A stretch of 63,639 bases of DNA, filler included, from Octopus bimaculoides (GCF_001194135.2; 6 parts of 6 records of this genome joined end to end with filler, not necessarily neighbours in it); one strand, 5' to 3'; positions 25,106 through 39,990 are shown, numbered from the whole stretch's first letter. A program made the numbers and translations. Notes: a model not told the origin generated them from the letters alone.

Positions 25106-25651
25106 CCCGATATAATGCCCAAAGGCACCATCGAAAATGAAAAGGCAAAGATCCTATGGGATTTTATGATTTTATGCAAACATGAGACAGAAAATAGGAA
25201 ACCAGACATGGTGTGAATTCAGAAAGAAAGCAAACAATTCTGGATCATAGATATATCATGCCCAGCTGAGAACAAGGTATACGATAAGGAAGAAAGAAAA
25301 ATCGATAGATATAACAGGTTAGCATGCAAGGATCTACAAGTTTGGTCGCTGAAAAATGTGGTAGTAGTACCAATAATTGCCGGAGCCCTGGGAACAGTGA
25401 GTTAAAATTTTGAGAAGTACATGGAAAACCTAGGGGCTGCAATAAAGGTGGAGCGCTTGCATGGAACAGCATTGCGTGAAATCGCTCGAATATTCCGGAT
25501 GGTACTTAAAAAATAAGGGGTATCACCTTAGTTCACTGGTAGTGAACAGCTGGGACCGTAGTACATCTCCAGCGTTAGAAGTTGTGCAAAGACAACAACA
25601 ACAACAACAACAACAACGACAATAATAATAATAATAATAATAATAATAATC

Positions 25652-25685
<34 letters not shown>
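25106..25685 (+). mobile_element. 5'-truncated R4/Dong-like non-LTR retrotransposon (restriction-like endonuclease C-terminus) with a (CAA)n(TAA)n tail
   Basis: One frame with two internal stops: ENEKAKILWDFMILCKHETENRKPDMV*IQKESKQFWIIDISCPAENKVYDKEERKIDRY...VVVVPIIAGALGTV*..., i.e. the RLE motif RxPD...IIDxxxP...K..KY. A ~45-nt 3'UTR-like segment and the trinucleotide tail follow. Confidence 0.85.
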
Positions 25686-25987
25686 GTGTATGCATGCCTA
25701 TTATTGTCATCAAACAAAAACAGGTTTTCTTCCCCTCATCGATCGGGATTTGTATGGGGAGAGCAAACAGGAATTTATTTAGAACTGTTGTTTTGGTTCC
25801 TGCAACGCGTTATAATGGAGCTGGCAATATGCCAAACGTTTGAGCTTGCGCCAAGAAATGTCCACGAGGCCTAATATCAGTATCATCGTCATCATAATTA
25901 TCATCGGCAGTGGCAGACCGTTACCACATTTACTCATCTAACAACACATTCACTCCAAGTCTACCAAAGTGTGTGTATACATATATA

Positions 25988-26074
<87 letters not shown>

Positions 26075-26669
26075 ACAAGCACAAACCGATACACACGCAA
26101 GCAAACGTGTAAATATGCAGATATGAATTCATATGGTTGTATAAAAATATACTTACATACACCTTCAGACACAATCATTGACACTGTACATACAAATACT
26201 AACATTTATACAGACACACAAACATATTGGCAAACTTTTATTCTTGTCTGCACTTTCATATGAATACGCGCACGCGCACACACACACACACAACCTTAGA
26301 TACAGACAAACACACACACACATATATATAACTATTTAAGTTTCCCACATGCCTATATGAATGGAAATTGAATTCACAAAAAGACATATATACATACAAC
26401 AATGTTCGTACACTTAAGTATAGATGTGTATATACATGTACTTAAATATCTATCTATATACACACACACATTTTCATACATATGTTTGTGTTCACTTATT
26501 CGTATATAAACGTGTGAGTGCCCTATTATCGATTCGGTTAAATGGCTATTTCCCAAATATAAGATTGTAGGTCAGCTCTTTTAACCAACTTCTATTCAGT
26601 TCGTCCGTTTATATCGCTACAGATCTCTACTTTTTTATTTACCTATAACACACACACACACACACACAC

Positions 26670-26719
<50 letters not shown>

Positions 26720-28519
26720 GTGTGAATGTGTGTGTGTGTACATACATATAAGTATATATATGCGTATACTTATATATATATATATATATGCATATTGTAT
26801 ATATACACGCACACATATGTATACATATATATGTGTATGTGTATTCATATATGTGTGTGTATGTATGTGTGTGCATATGTGCGTGTGTCTGTATGTACAT
26901 ATACACAGATGCCTCAATATATATATACATATATTTATCCCTACGTTTGTTTGTTTAAGTTTATAGATTTATAAAAAATACTAACGAACTATCTTTAGTT
27001 ACATCTCTGTCGAATTCCCTCCCTTTCTATCTCTAACTCTTTTTATTTTTTATACCTCTGGCTCTCTATACTTTCGTTCCACTATCTGAGAAATCACTAG
27101 CGTAATCTTATTTTTGTTTTTGTTTTTTTTTTATTTTAATATCTGTTTCTTTATATTTTTCCGGTTGTAAAGTGGAAAATATAAGGCAAACACATGAAAA
27201 TAAAAATAGAAAGTATACGAATCGGAAAAAGAAACGGAAAACAGTTGAAAAAATACATAAATGGAATATGAAAGAGATTTTATAACAGTAGGGGTTTTAC
27301 ACTGAATGATGGTAAAATGACCGTCAGATAATTTCTGTATTTTCTTTGAGAGATTTGTATACATATCTGTTTATGTTATCAATATACCTCATATTATTAA
27401 GGTGGTTGATTTGGCAGAATCGTTTTATCGTTATGTCTTGGGAGGGTTATTATGCCAACAATAATAAATACAAGCGCCGTTTCATTATCACTTCTTATGT
27501 TTTAGCCAGTCGGTTAGATATGTAGCCAAATAATTAATTGGTCATTTGTTTAATGATGACTTAGATACGTTAGGTATGTTTCGGTCAAAGTTTGGTCCAA
27601 GCCATGTATAAGTTAACAGCACCATTTGAATGTTTTACTTAGACAATCAATCACAAGAATTCACTTCAAGAATCATGCAAACCAAATTCAAAAAGGAAAA
27701 TTAATAAAGAATTGCATTTGACTCAGTAAATATAGATTATAATAAAGTAGTTAATTGTGGTTTGCCTCGACAAGCTTTATTTGGACATGTTTTTTTTTAG
27801 AGTGTTCTGTATCAAGCAATATGCGAATACAAACAGTTGCTGCAAATTTCCCATCTGACACATGAGTTCCAATCTTTCCCCATTTCCTTCTCTCACTGTA
27901 AGTATTCTTCTTTGTACATCGGTAAACTCGTCAAACCACGGCATCCGAAATTGTCTCTCCAACTTGTTTCACATATTATTTATTCACATGTGACCACACA
28001 TTACTAAATTCTTTCTCTTTGTAATCTGTGTCTTTGCTCGGCACAATCTGCCTTCAATCAGATTGCATACTCTGAAATTGCCCCTCTGTGAAACAGGTCC
28101 GATCTTCGGTGAGCATGACGTAGGTACGAATTTCTATCATTGCTAATCAAATTTTTGCCAGAGATGCCAATATTCTCGTCTCCCCATGGCTTCACGAACT
28201 CATCCAAGTTTGCGAAATTTATTATGGAAAGCAAACCTCGATTCTAATTATAGTTAATAATGAAATAAAACAAAAATTCTTCATTTCCTTTCCATCCATC
28301 TTCGACTAATTATTTTTTCATTGGCTCCTCATAATTGAAAGCAAACTTCTTTAAAACAAAATATTGCTTAAATGTTTTTAAACTTTTCAAAATTATTTGT
28401 TCAAATGTTTCTACAGAATAAGTAAACAAAAATAATAAAAACATACTAAAATGAAAATAATATTTAGAAATATATAACTATCTAGAAGAAATCATAAACA
28501 CCATCATCATCAACAGCAT

Positions 28520-28524
28520 AATTA

Positions 28525-28590
<66 letters not shown>

Positions 28591-28668
28591 GTTGTTGTTG
28601 TTGTTATTATTGTTATTATCATTATCATCAGTATTATTATCCTTATTATTATTATCATTATTATTATA

Positions 28669-28706
<38 letters not shown>

Positions 28707-28716
28707 CATCATCATA
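28520..28716. repeat. (ATT)n/(GTT)n trinucleotide microsatellite
   Basis: Seen directly. Confidence 0.95.
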
Positions 28717-31700
28717 ATTACTATGTTTTGCTATTTTGAAGGTTTTTTTTTTGTTTATTTAGATTTTGTAGTTCCTCTTGTTACAGATTCTGGTGTTGTT
28801 ATATTTTGTTTGATATTTTTTTTTGCAGCTTTCGCTTTTTTTCATTATTATGTGTTTTGTTGTTTTTTTTTCAATGCTACTTATGTCAATATTGTTTGTT
28901 ATAATTCTCGTTGTTGTTAATCTTGTGTTTTTTTTTTCTTTTTATGATTTCTTTTGTTGAAAACATTGTACTCCTTGCTGATATTTGCTGTTTTTAATTT
29001 GTCTTGTCTCTCTTAATCATCGTTGTCACTGTTAATGAGAGTTGATTACTTGTGTTTCTATCTCCGCTTATTAGGACTTTGTACTCTCTGCCGTTATTTC
29101 ATTATATGTCTCTAAGTTTAGTACATTGTATATGCGTGGATAGACGAGTGTAACTGAGGACGTCTGTGAATATGTACACAAACACACACACACAGATATA
29201 TATGTATATATATACATATATAAACATACATATATATATGTATATATATGATTGTATATATATTTACATGTACATATGTATATATATTTATACATATATT
29301 TATACATATATACATATTTTTCTAACATATTTCTGTATACACACGCATATATATATATATATACATACGCCCATATATACATCTATACATATATACCCGT
29401 ATATATATTCATATGAATACAATGAATACGTATAAAAATATGAATATTTATGTGTGTGTATATATATATTTATATACATATATATATATATATATATATA
29501 CATAAGCTTGTTTGTGTGTGCGTATATGTCCACACTCACACACAAGCACACACATACATATACATACACACACACATATACAAACGTAATTCTGTCTCTG
29601 CGTTGCTATGCGTGCCTGCCTGTGTAAATACGTGATTGTGTGTGTATGTGCGTGCACTTTTGTGTCCGTGTGTTATTTTTTTTTATTTGTTTTCCATGCT
29701 ATTTTGTTTCCTAATTATATTCTTGACATTTCCGACACAAATAACACTCAAGACGTTTTTGTCATTTCCATTTTGAAACTGACCCCAAAGGAATCGGCAA
29801 ATATTAACTCATCACTCGACCTTGTTTTTGTGTAGTTCTTTCTTCATTAGCATCCTTTTTTCTTTTCCTCCATCTTCCAAATTCTTCTTCTCCTCCTTTT
29901 TCTTTTCCTCCTCCTCCTCCTTCTTCCTCTATAACTACTTCTACTTTTTTCTTTTTCTCTTTCTTCGTCTTTATCTTCTCTTTCATGTTAATTTTCTTTC
30001 TCATCTTATTTTGTATTATCTTCTTTAATATTATCATTGTTGTTGCTGTTTCCCTTTTGTTGTTCTTGCTTGTGTGGCACTTGTTGTAGTCGAATCTTCT
30101 GGTGTGAAGTGGTCGCTTCCTTCTTCAAGTTACTGCGTTATTCTTAGCACTGCCAAATGAGATTTTCATTAGCCTACTTGCTAAAAAGATTACAATTACC
30201 TGAAGAAAGTTTTTCCTTGATCTTCGGGGATTGACAGGTAAAAAGTTTATTTTTACAGACTTCATAGCTTATATATGCACATATATACATACATATCCTT
30301 CAATATCATATTTCAAGATGATGACCATAAACACAAATGGTACAAGAAAACTTATTTTAATAGCAAAAGGGTTGAAGAAGCAATATAAAAATAAACGAAA
30401 TATGAAAATATGAACACTTGGTAAATAATTAAGAGAAAGAAATATTGCAATGAGTCAAACAAATGTTTTTAGAGATTGTGATAATAGCAAAAATAGAAAT
30501 ACTCCTCCGGCACCGTAAGGTCCATATAAGGTGAGTATAGAATCAAGTCTTGCCTCAATTGTAGCAAAAAGAAAACTAACAGACCTTTAAATCCATCACA
30601 ACACTACTTATTTGTGACCGTTTCCTAAATCCAGGCCGAGTTTCTTTGCTGAATTGTTTAATTGGAATGAGAGCGAAGAAAGAAATTGTATATGAGTTGC
30701 TTAGGAAAGGGAGCTACAGATTAGATTTAATTTTGTGTCACCAAATTGAATAAATGCTCCAAGAATTTTCGAGAGATATCTGCTTGACCAAAAAGTAGGG
30801 AAAATAATTTCAATATTTGCATTTCAATATAGCCAGACTTTCAGCCAAGACTAAAAAATATCGTTAAAATAAAGGGCTTGAAATAAGATGCGGGTGAAAA
30901 CATCTAGTTGCTTTATTGATCATAATAAAAAGCAGTTGAGATCCACTTTCCCTTACATATTAAAAAGACTAGTTAAGATAAGAACAGAAACGTTGCACCC
31001 GCAAGACAATAGCGACAGTTTCCATCCACAGACAACGTTCCGACAATGACAGGAGAACTTTGTCAAGTGTAAGCGACAGATACTCATTTTTTTTTAACAC
31101 AGGTAATTTTAACACAACCCCATTTTCATATGGGAGGAACAGAAAATGATTAGGGAGAAAAGTTTCCAAACCATTGAGGAAATTGTTTATTTCCTTTGGG
31201 AAAAGAACTACCTAAAGTGATAACTCAATAAAGGTGATTGTAAACGAGACAAAATAATAACTTCTTCAAACAATAATGATTCTACTTCTCAAAAAAAGGA
31301 AAAAAACAAAACACTAATGAAAAATATGAAGACGGCGAAAAGAAGGAGATTCTCGTTTTTGGCTAATCATACCTATGACTAAAAATAAAATCTCTTACTT
31401 ATGGTATATATATATATATATATATGTATATATAAGATCAAAATAAGCAACAAGATATCAAGTAGTGATGCAGCACCACCGTTTCAAGCGACTCTATTTA
31501 ATTGAGCAATGCAATCATGAATTAAAATGCAATGCCATCTTCAGTTCCACAAATAAATAAATAAATAAATAAATAAATAAATAGAAATTTAACCAGTAGT
31601 AGACTTTAATATGATTTTTCTAAAATATTTTAACGGAGCAAGAATAATCTACGCTTCCAAGAATCGCATGAAGCCTGTTGGGATCATAGTGCTGTAAAGG

Positions 31701-32243
31701 ATTGTAATTCGTTTCCAATTCATTTATCTCTTTATCAGCTACTAAGTCTGAAACTAGAAGACTGTGACTCTTTGGAATAAAGGACAAGAGTGAGTTGGCA
31801 GCTCATGGCTAGGCATGGTCATATATACTACCATATGTGTCCCTTTTTCTCAGGGAGGATATATGCACAAGTGCGAGTGCATATATAAAATGTGTATCTG
31901 TATACACATATATATGCGGGCGTCTATATATATATATATATACACATACACACGCACATATATATATATATAAGCGGGCATCTATATATATATATCATTT
32001 ATAGACATACTCACACATACACACACTTACAGAGATAAACATACTTCTATATAAAGAGAGGGACTGAAATACAGAACGAGTCAGAGACAGAGTAATACCG
32101 TCATCAAATACAAAAGAACGCAAAAATGGCAGCTTCGACATTGTCGCTTCAATGAGGACACTCACAGACTGAAATGTATTCGTGACTCGGGGAACATTCA
32201 ACCTGTCGAAGCTTTCAAATAATACTACAGGTGGTGGTGGTAT

Positions 32244-32306
<63 letters not shown>

Positions 32307-32890
32307 CAGTAACAGCAGCAACTGTAGTATGGCGGGGGACGGGGTGTTTTATTGTTCTTATTGTTGAGGTAGATGTCGACGTCAGGTTCGCTACGACTGC
32401 TTTGATGCAATTCTCATGCATCGTTGTTGAGGTATTTCGTACATGTAGTTACACACACACACACACATACACACACATAAACACACACACACACGTACAC
32501 ATATATATAAATATATATATATGTGTGCGCGTGTGTGTGTATATATACTGCCATGATAATAAGAAGTAATAGTCAGAACAGCGACGATGATGAAGCTTAT
32601 GATGATGCTAATACTAATACTACTGCTACAACTACTACTACTAATAATAACAACAACAACAATAAACAGCAAGAATAGGAATGAAATTGGTGCTGCTGCT
32701 GTTGTTGCATGCTGTTTGCGTTGGTATGTCTGGGTTGTTGGGTTGGTTAAATATTTACTTTCGTCTTCTTAGTTTATTTGGAAATCATGAACGTGAAAAA
32801 TACTTCGTGATATCCAGTTGAATAATGCAAATGTATGTGTGTATGTGTGTGTATATGTGTGTGTATATATATGTGATTGTGTATATATGC

Positions 32891-32927
<37 letters not shown>

Positions 32928-32937
32928 AAATACCACA

Positions 32938-32993
<56 letters not shown>

Positions 32994-33662
32994 TTTCTTT
33001 ATATGAATATATAGACAGACAAACAACGATTATATATGTATATTATATAGATACTTATACACACATAGTCACACATGCATATATGTACATATATATGTAT
33101 GTATATATGTATAGGTGACGTGTGCATATGTGCATGTTTGTATTGCATGCATGCCTGTATCTACGAATGTATGTATGCATGCATCTAATTATTATACGTG
33201 GATTTGTTTATTGAGAGAGGTAGGAAAAAGCTTTCATGTGTCTTTCAGCATGAACATGTATGCTGTTACTTACATGGCGGTCATGTACATGAATGTAATA
33301 CATCGAAAGAGCCATGACTGTACACATGTGCGCTTATATGTATACGCATATGTTCTTGCATCTGCCTGTCTATTGCAACAACGTAAGAATTCGTTTATAA
33401 AAGAACCAATTAATTCGATAGCTAATTAACACGTCATTAACGACCACGACTACGAAAATTCTAAGTGGGCATGTGACATGATAGAAATATCAAGCGGATA
33501 TTTCGTGAAGCAGGAACTATCGAAGATGTCAAACTAAGTGATTCGGCTTGTGGCTTGGAAATATGTGGAGAAACGCATGACTTAGAGCCTCGTCAACGAA
33601 CTTTGTGTGTGGTGACATTAATTCCGTTCCGATCAATACTAATCAATGCAGCAATTTGACCC

Positions 33663-33915
33663 TAGCGTGGCTTTGTGGTAAGAAGCTTGCTTCCCAATCA
33701 CATGGCACCGAGTTCAGTCCCATTACATGTCATCTTAAGCAAGTGTATTGTACTGTAGCTACTGGCCGATCCAGGCCTTGGCATGGATTCCGTAGATGGA
33801 AACTGGAAGAAGCCCGTTGTACATATGTACGTATGTACCTTTGTGTATGTATTTGTTTCATACCACCACTTCACAACCGATGTTGGTATGTTTACGGCCT
33901 CGGTTCTTAGTGGTT
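33663..33915 (+). mobile_element. tRNA-derived SINE (same family as 6069-6466), 3'-truncated; followed by a minus-strand head fragment of the second SINE family at ~33965-34045
   Basis: GTGGTAAGAAGCTTGCTTCCCAATCACATGGCACCGAGTTCAGTCCC head; GATGGAAACTGGAAGAAGCCCGT body. Confidence 0.8.
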
Positions 33916-36029
33916 CCACAAATGCTGCTCATGAGATAACTGCCACGCTTAAACGATAATTATTTGCGTCAATTCGTTGGACTAAAATGCTTGAAAACGG
34001 TGCTGCAGCCTGGCCTAACGTTTCTGCCAGCTCGGCGCCTTATTCTGCAGTATATTTCAATATGGCAGTATATTGAATATGGCACTATATTGAATATGGC
34101 AGTATATTTCGTCTTCATTTTTTACGCATCTACTTCCCTACGTTGTGGTTTATGAGAAAGAAAAGAGAAGTTGATATGAGGGATACAATAGATGAGTCAT
34201 CGTCTTCACTTCGAAGATAACCTATCATTAAACACCGCGAACATATTTGGTTCATTTCTTTAAAACTTCGTAGCTATATTGTTATAGCTCGTGAAAACAA
34301 AGATTAGAAATTTCGGAGTTTAAATTAAGTATTAGAATAGACACTTTAAGTTACTCAGTAAGAAAACTGACGCACATGTCATTTTCGATATATAATTATA
34401 GTTGACAGGCATAATGAACAAACACAACAAAAGACAAGTGACTACCCCTCTGAAATTATATATTAATATCTTAGAAACATATGGTAAAATGAGTTTCGAG
34501 AAAGTTACATTTTCAAAATATTAGCCAGCATCAAAGTATTTTTTAAAAAAATGCAAATGCAGTAAACTGAAAATACTACGAAGTGCATTGTGACTAGCGA
34601 TAGTCTGGTCGATCAGGTGATCACTTGATAAAGATATCAGTATTTAAGTGGTACCTACCAGTTACTCACTGGTATTATTTATTAGTTAAAAAAATCTAGT
34701 GAAGAAGAAAGCAGCAGTTCCGCTTGCTTTTGGACGCCGCATGTAAAAGGCACACAACTCTATTCCATGTTACGTGTGTTTCTGTTTATGCATGCATGCC
34801 TAGTGTTTGTACAAGAGAGTGTGTACGTGTGTGTGTGTGTGTGTGTGGCACCGCGACATCGATATCGATAAAGTTGTTATTGATACTAAGAGCAAAGCAA
34901 AAGTAGGAACCAGAAAACAGCTTGATGAACGATAACAGCAACAATAACAGCGAGTGTGATGATAACAATAATAATTAAAAAGCGAAGGGAAAAAAAAACA
35001 TAGAAAATGGAGGAGGGGAAGACTGAGGTGGTGGTAGTGGGGGTGGTGATGTGGTGGTGGTGGTGGTGGTTATGGTGGTGGTGATGGTAGTCGTGGTGGT
35101 GGCAGCGGTGGTGATGGCAGTGGCGGCGGCGGTTGCGGTAGCAGTGGTGACGGCGGTTGCGGCGGCGGTNNNNNNNNNNATAACAATAATAATTAAAAAG
35201 CGAAGGGAAAAAAAAACATAGAAAATGGAGGAGGGGAAGACTGAGGTGGTGGTAGTGGGGGTGGTGATGTGGTGGTGGTGGTGGTGGTTATGGTGGTGGT
35301 GATGGTAGTCATGGTGTTGATGGTTGCGGTGGTGGTGGTGGTGATGTTGGTGGTTGGGGAGGAGGAGGAGGTGGGGGGAAGAAGAAGAAGACGAAGAAGA
35401 AAGAGAAGAAGAACGAGAGCAAGATCAAGTAGAAGGAACAAAGAAAATAATAATCAGCAAATAGTAACATTATCAAAGTTTAAACAGAATTTCTAGAACA
35501 AAGGAAGAAAGAGAGAGAAAAAAAGAAAGATGGAGAATGCAAGATGGCGGCGGTAACGCCACAAGTGAAGGTGAGAAAGATGCGGCATTTGTTGCAGCCG
35601 GCGGGGTATAAAGAAGATGAAAGGGAGATGAAAGATTAAGAAGGATGCAATTTTGCTTGAAATGCATCCGCTGAAATTTGCTTGTATAGCATTAATGGGG
35701 AGCAATGACATGCAACGTTGGTTTATGACCAACCGACCATCCAAAGCGACCATCCAAACCGAACAATGTCAAATCAGTGCGTTGAGGGAAAAAAGAATAT
35801 TAAAGGGGGCTATTGTTTCAGCAATGAGTTTAGGAAATGTGGGGAGATCTAGGAGTGAATGAGTATGTGAAGGAATGTTTGGGAGAAATACGAGAGCAAC
35901 AGAGGTCTTTGTGATGAGATGTGTTATAAAATATGTTTAGGAAACGGGTTGGGGAGGAGATGTGCGTCGAAATGCAGCAAGTGGAGCTCGCAGTAAATGA
36001 AATGATGATAATAAGGACGGACTCTCCCT

Positions 36030-36310
36030 GCGGAGACGACCTATGGTTGTTGTTCAGCTGTTGCCAAACGATTTGAACAACTCCTTTTGTTTAGGCTGAC
36101 CAAAATGTCCGTGTCCCGCTCTCTACATCAAACCGACGTTGTCTCAAGAGGTACTCCATGTACCACGGGTCGAGTTTCCAAATGATTGCAAAGCAACATT
36201 AGAGAACGTGTTTTGCTCCAGAACACAACCCACCACCCGGTCTAAGAACTGAAACAACGATCTAGCGATCGTGATTTCCACACCCTAACCGGTAGGCCAT
36301 GCACCTTCAC
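36030..36310 (-). mobile_element. Diverged tRNA-derived CORE-type SINE; a related minus-strand copy lies at ~43400-43560
   Basis: Reverse complement GTGAAGGTGCATGGCCTACCGGTTAGGG (A-box-like) ... GTTGTGTTCTGGAGCAAAACAC (CORE-like TTGAGCAAGACAC). Confidence 0.55.
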
Positions 36311-36360
<50 letters not shown>

Positions 36361-37505
36361 AGAGATGTATTTGAATAGCACGTAACCTGATTTGAGATCG
36401 TGTGCTGGAACGAAAACAATTGCAGCGTGGAAGGTGCTTATGAGCCATTTAAGAAACACAAAAAAACCATTAGATTTACTTCAGCATTTAAATTTAATTT
36501 GCCAAAATATTTTCGTCGCTTTGAGACCGCGACCTGTTCACTGAGAGAATTCCATGCAGCACGGATACGTAGCCTGAAAATATATACAATTTCAATTTCA
36601 GGAACAATAGCGGTTTATTGACGTTGGAGGTTGTAGAATTTTCGCACATAAAAATTCGATAATTGAACTTTCCTAGGAAACTCACCAGGTATTGGTCACT
36701 ACTGCGCAACGGAAGAGAACCCGAATCCAGGAGATTGAGCATCAATCATTTTAGTATTCCACATCTCTCCAGCACTTATATTCAAAAGTTAAATTTTACA
36801 TCGAATATTATTTTCTGATGTATACCAAAGAGAAAAACAAAATGAAATATATCATAATTGGAATGAGTTTGACAATAGACCTAATCAAGCATAGCTGACG
36901 CGGATATCAACACCACAACCGAGTCATCAGTCAATTCTCAATAAGATCGTTTGTATTGCTAGATATACTAATAAGATTCTCTCTAGTTATATTCAACGAT
37001 ATAAGGACATGAAAGATTAAGTCTTCCTCAATTAGTAGCGACCTGTGGTTAAACGATACTATGAACAACAACAACATGAAGGAAAATGTTTATGGGACAT
37101 TGCCTGAGGATTAGATTGTCACTGATCAAAGATAGGCGCTCCTGTTTCTTAGGTTATAAAATCAAACGACAATTGACCAGACGATAATTGCCCAGACGAC
37201 AATTGCTCAATTTAAACACAAATATTGAAATGAAGTCGTCCACATCGGAAGCTTCTACGTCTACAGGTATATGTAACATACGAATATCAGTGTGTGTGAG
37301 AGAGTGTTTGGATGTGTATGTAAGTCTGTCTGCACGCGCACGCGTAATCGGCGAAGCATGTACGCATAGAGGCACGCATGCATGCATGCCAGAAAGAATA
37401 TTTCTTTCTCTCCTTCAATAAGTTCATAAATATGAATACAGATACGGCAAATCTTTTAACGAACATATATCAATATAGTAATATCGGTAAACAAATATAT
37501 ACAGC

Positions 37506-37547
<42 letters not shown>

Positions 37548-37867
37548 GTGTGTGTGTGTGTACACACGCACACACGCAAGTACGCACACTCACATAGATG
37601 CACATCGACACACAGACACATACGTAACAATATAGCTATTTATATTAAGCAAGTAAATTGCTTTGTCTCTGTTAATTCAATTACAGAAATAGAAAAAAAA
37701 ATAAAGATATATTACGGCAATATTGTGTACATTTACTATGTTACCACAAACACCTTTTAAAAATTAATGCTTCAAAAAACTACTAAATTCACAAACGGAA
37801 AAAGTTCAATGAGTGTTTATCATATATAGGAAAATATATATATAATATAATGATATTTATATGTACA

Positions 37868-37943
<76 letters not shown>

Positions 37944-38642
37944 GACACTCATTACTACACCCACACGGTTGCGTACGCTTTTACACATATCTACATAGAG
38001 CCAGACATCAGTAAGCGACATAGAATATACACATAATGACTTCCTTTCTGTCTTTTTGCATTGTTTTTCTATTTAGACTGCTGTTTGTTTACTTATTAAT
38101 GATTTGAGAAGATAACATTTGAAATTACTTTTAGCGCTGTTAACTCATGGTTGCGTAAGTGCTCGTTGTATGTTTAACTACACGTCCGTTTCTTGTGTCT
38201 CTGTTTTTGTTTATGAGCACGTGTGTGTTTATGCGTGCGACTATACGTGTGTGTTCGTACGTGTGAGTGTATTTTCTTGCGTCGTGTTGGTGCGTGTATA
38301 TGTGTCGCAGGTATATGTGTGTATGCCAGTGTGTTTCTTTGTGTGTATTTCAGTGTGTTTGTTTGTGTGTGTGTCTCTGTGTGTTTGTGTGTGTGTGTGT
38401 CTGAGAGTCGTTTTTAAATGCATATGCGTTTGTCATGTTAATGGCTCTTTTAACTGACTGCCTTTTTGTGTATAAAGGAGGTTATTTGTTATGTGTGCGT
38501 GTGTCTGTGTATGCTTGTCTCATTATACACACACACATATATATACACACACCACATAAATATGAATATATATATGTAGTATGTATATATTTATATAACT
38601 ATATTTATATATATATATATAGACATGTATACATGTGTATGT

Positions 38643-38705
<63 letters not shown>

Positions 38706-39789
38706 GTTCATATTCACATGTTAGTGACAGTCTACTTGCGCTTCTTATAATCTGTATATTTTTCTGTTATTCTCAAAACTTTCTAATTTAAGTTAATGGT
38801 TTCTGTTGTCAGTTTTTTTTTCTTTTTTACTTTCTCATTTCTTTTCCTATTTCCCTATTTCCATATTACATATCTGAAATGTTTTCGTCTCTTAATAATG
38901 TTACGTTGACATGACCCAACGTGTATTACCGGTTGTGAATATCATATCCATTTGGCTTCCTCTTTGACAACTCTCCCCACATATATTACCGGTTATTGAT
39001 AAGATTTTCTCCTTTTTGGCGGAGTGCTGGCAGAAAAGTTTGAACACTAGTATTAAAGCTAAGCGGCATTTCCTCCATTGTTACGTTCGTGTTTCAAATT
39101 CCACTGTTGTTGCCCTCAAGATTATTCTATTGAGTTTGATGAAATATGTAAGAATTGAGAATCGGAAACGAAATAATCGACTCGGCTCCCCACTCCAAAA
39201 TTCCAGGCCATTTCCGTATTATTAAAATGAATATCATTTTGCTTTTTACGGCGGCGAGCTTGAGGCAAAATCCTTTACAGATCACGACTAATATTTCATA
39301 GAATTTTTTCTGTATTTATGTCCTGAGATCAAATTCTGCTAAGGTCATTTTTGCCTTTCATTCATTCGGAGGTGGTGCATTTGGTACTAGTCGAGCCCTT
39401 ACTTTCTCCTCTGAACTTGCTGGCCTGGTGCCAAAATTCGATGGCAATATCATCTTGGCTTAGATCAGTACGAGTAAAAGTAATTCCAGCATTGCCATCG
39501 ATACACGAATTCTATTGATCGATTAATTGCTCAGCCTGGAGGTTAATACTAAGGTTCGTGTTTGCTAATTCCACGAGGATTTTTTAAACTTAATTCTGAC
39601 GTTGAACCCCTGCGAAACTCGGAAAAGTCACTGAAACGCTCTGCACCTTTCATTCTCGTTCGATATTTAAAAATAAAACCAGTGATATCATGAGTCCACT
39701 TTTGCCGTGTCTTTAATGATTTTATTTACCTTTCTCTCTCTTGGAATTTATCTTCTGTGTTCAGCTCTGAAGAAGCATGACTTCCAGCA

Positions 39790-39990
39790 GGAATAATTTT
39801 TTCCAAGACGCGCCGTTAATCACAACTGAACGCCTTTCACTCCAACCAGGAGTTGAGGTCTCAAATTAGTATAAAGCATGCTGGATGTGTAGCCAGTATC
39901 GCCTCTTGAATTACAATTATAACGAACGTCGGAGCATTTGAAAAAGAAGCTGGGAATTTTACAATATCTGTAGTTATAATTCGAAAGGAG
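39790..39990 (-). mobile_element. Highly degenerate CR1/L2-like LINE RT fragment
   Basis: With one frameshift it reads LNSWLSERRSVVINGASW, resembling the CR1 motif WLSxRRQRVVINGxSS. Confidence 0.4.

Noticed and set aside
30090-31170. Hydrophobic short frames on the minus strand (VIVIFLASRLMKISFGSAKNNAVT*, GLLVFFLLQLRQDLILYSPY..., METFLPNH...)
   Set aside because: They could not be linked into a phase-consistent gene or matched to a family. AT-rich DNA readily yields hydrophobic peptides.
33430-33660. Frame KRIFREAGTIEDVKLS resembling a Tc1 transposase N-terminus
   Set aside because: Similarity is too short, and no TIR or catalytic region was found.
34962-35300. ~135-bp exact duplication flanking a 10-N gap, next to (GGT)n G-rich repeats
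   Set aside because: Most likely unmerged contig overlap or two haplotypes; needs long reads. The G4 potential of (GGT)n is generic.
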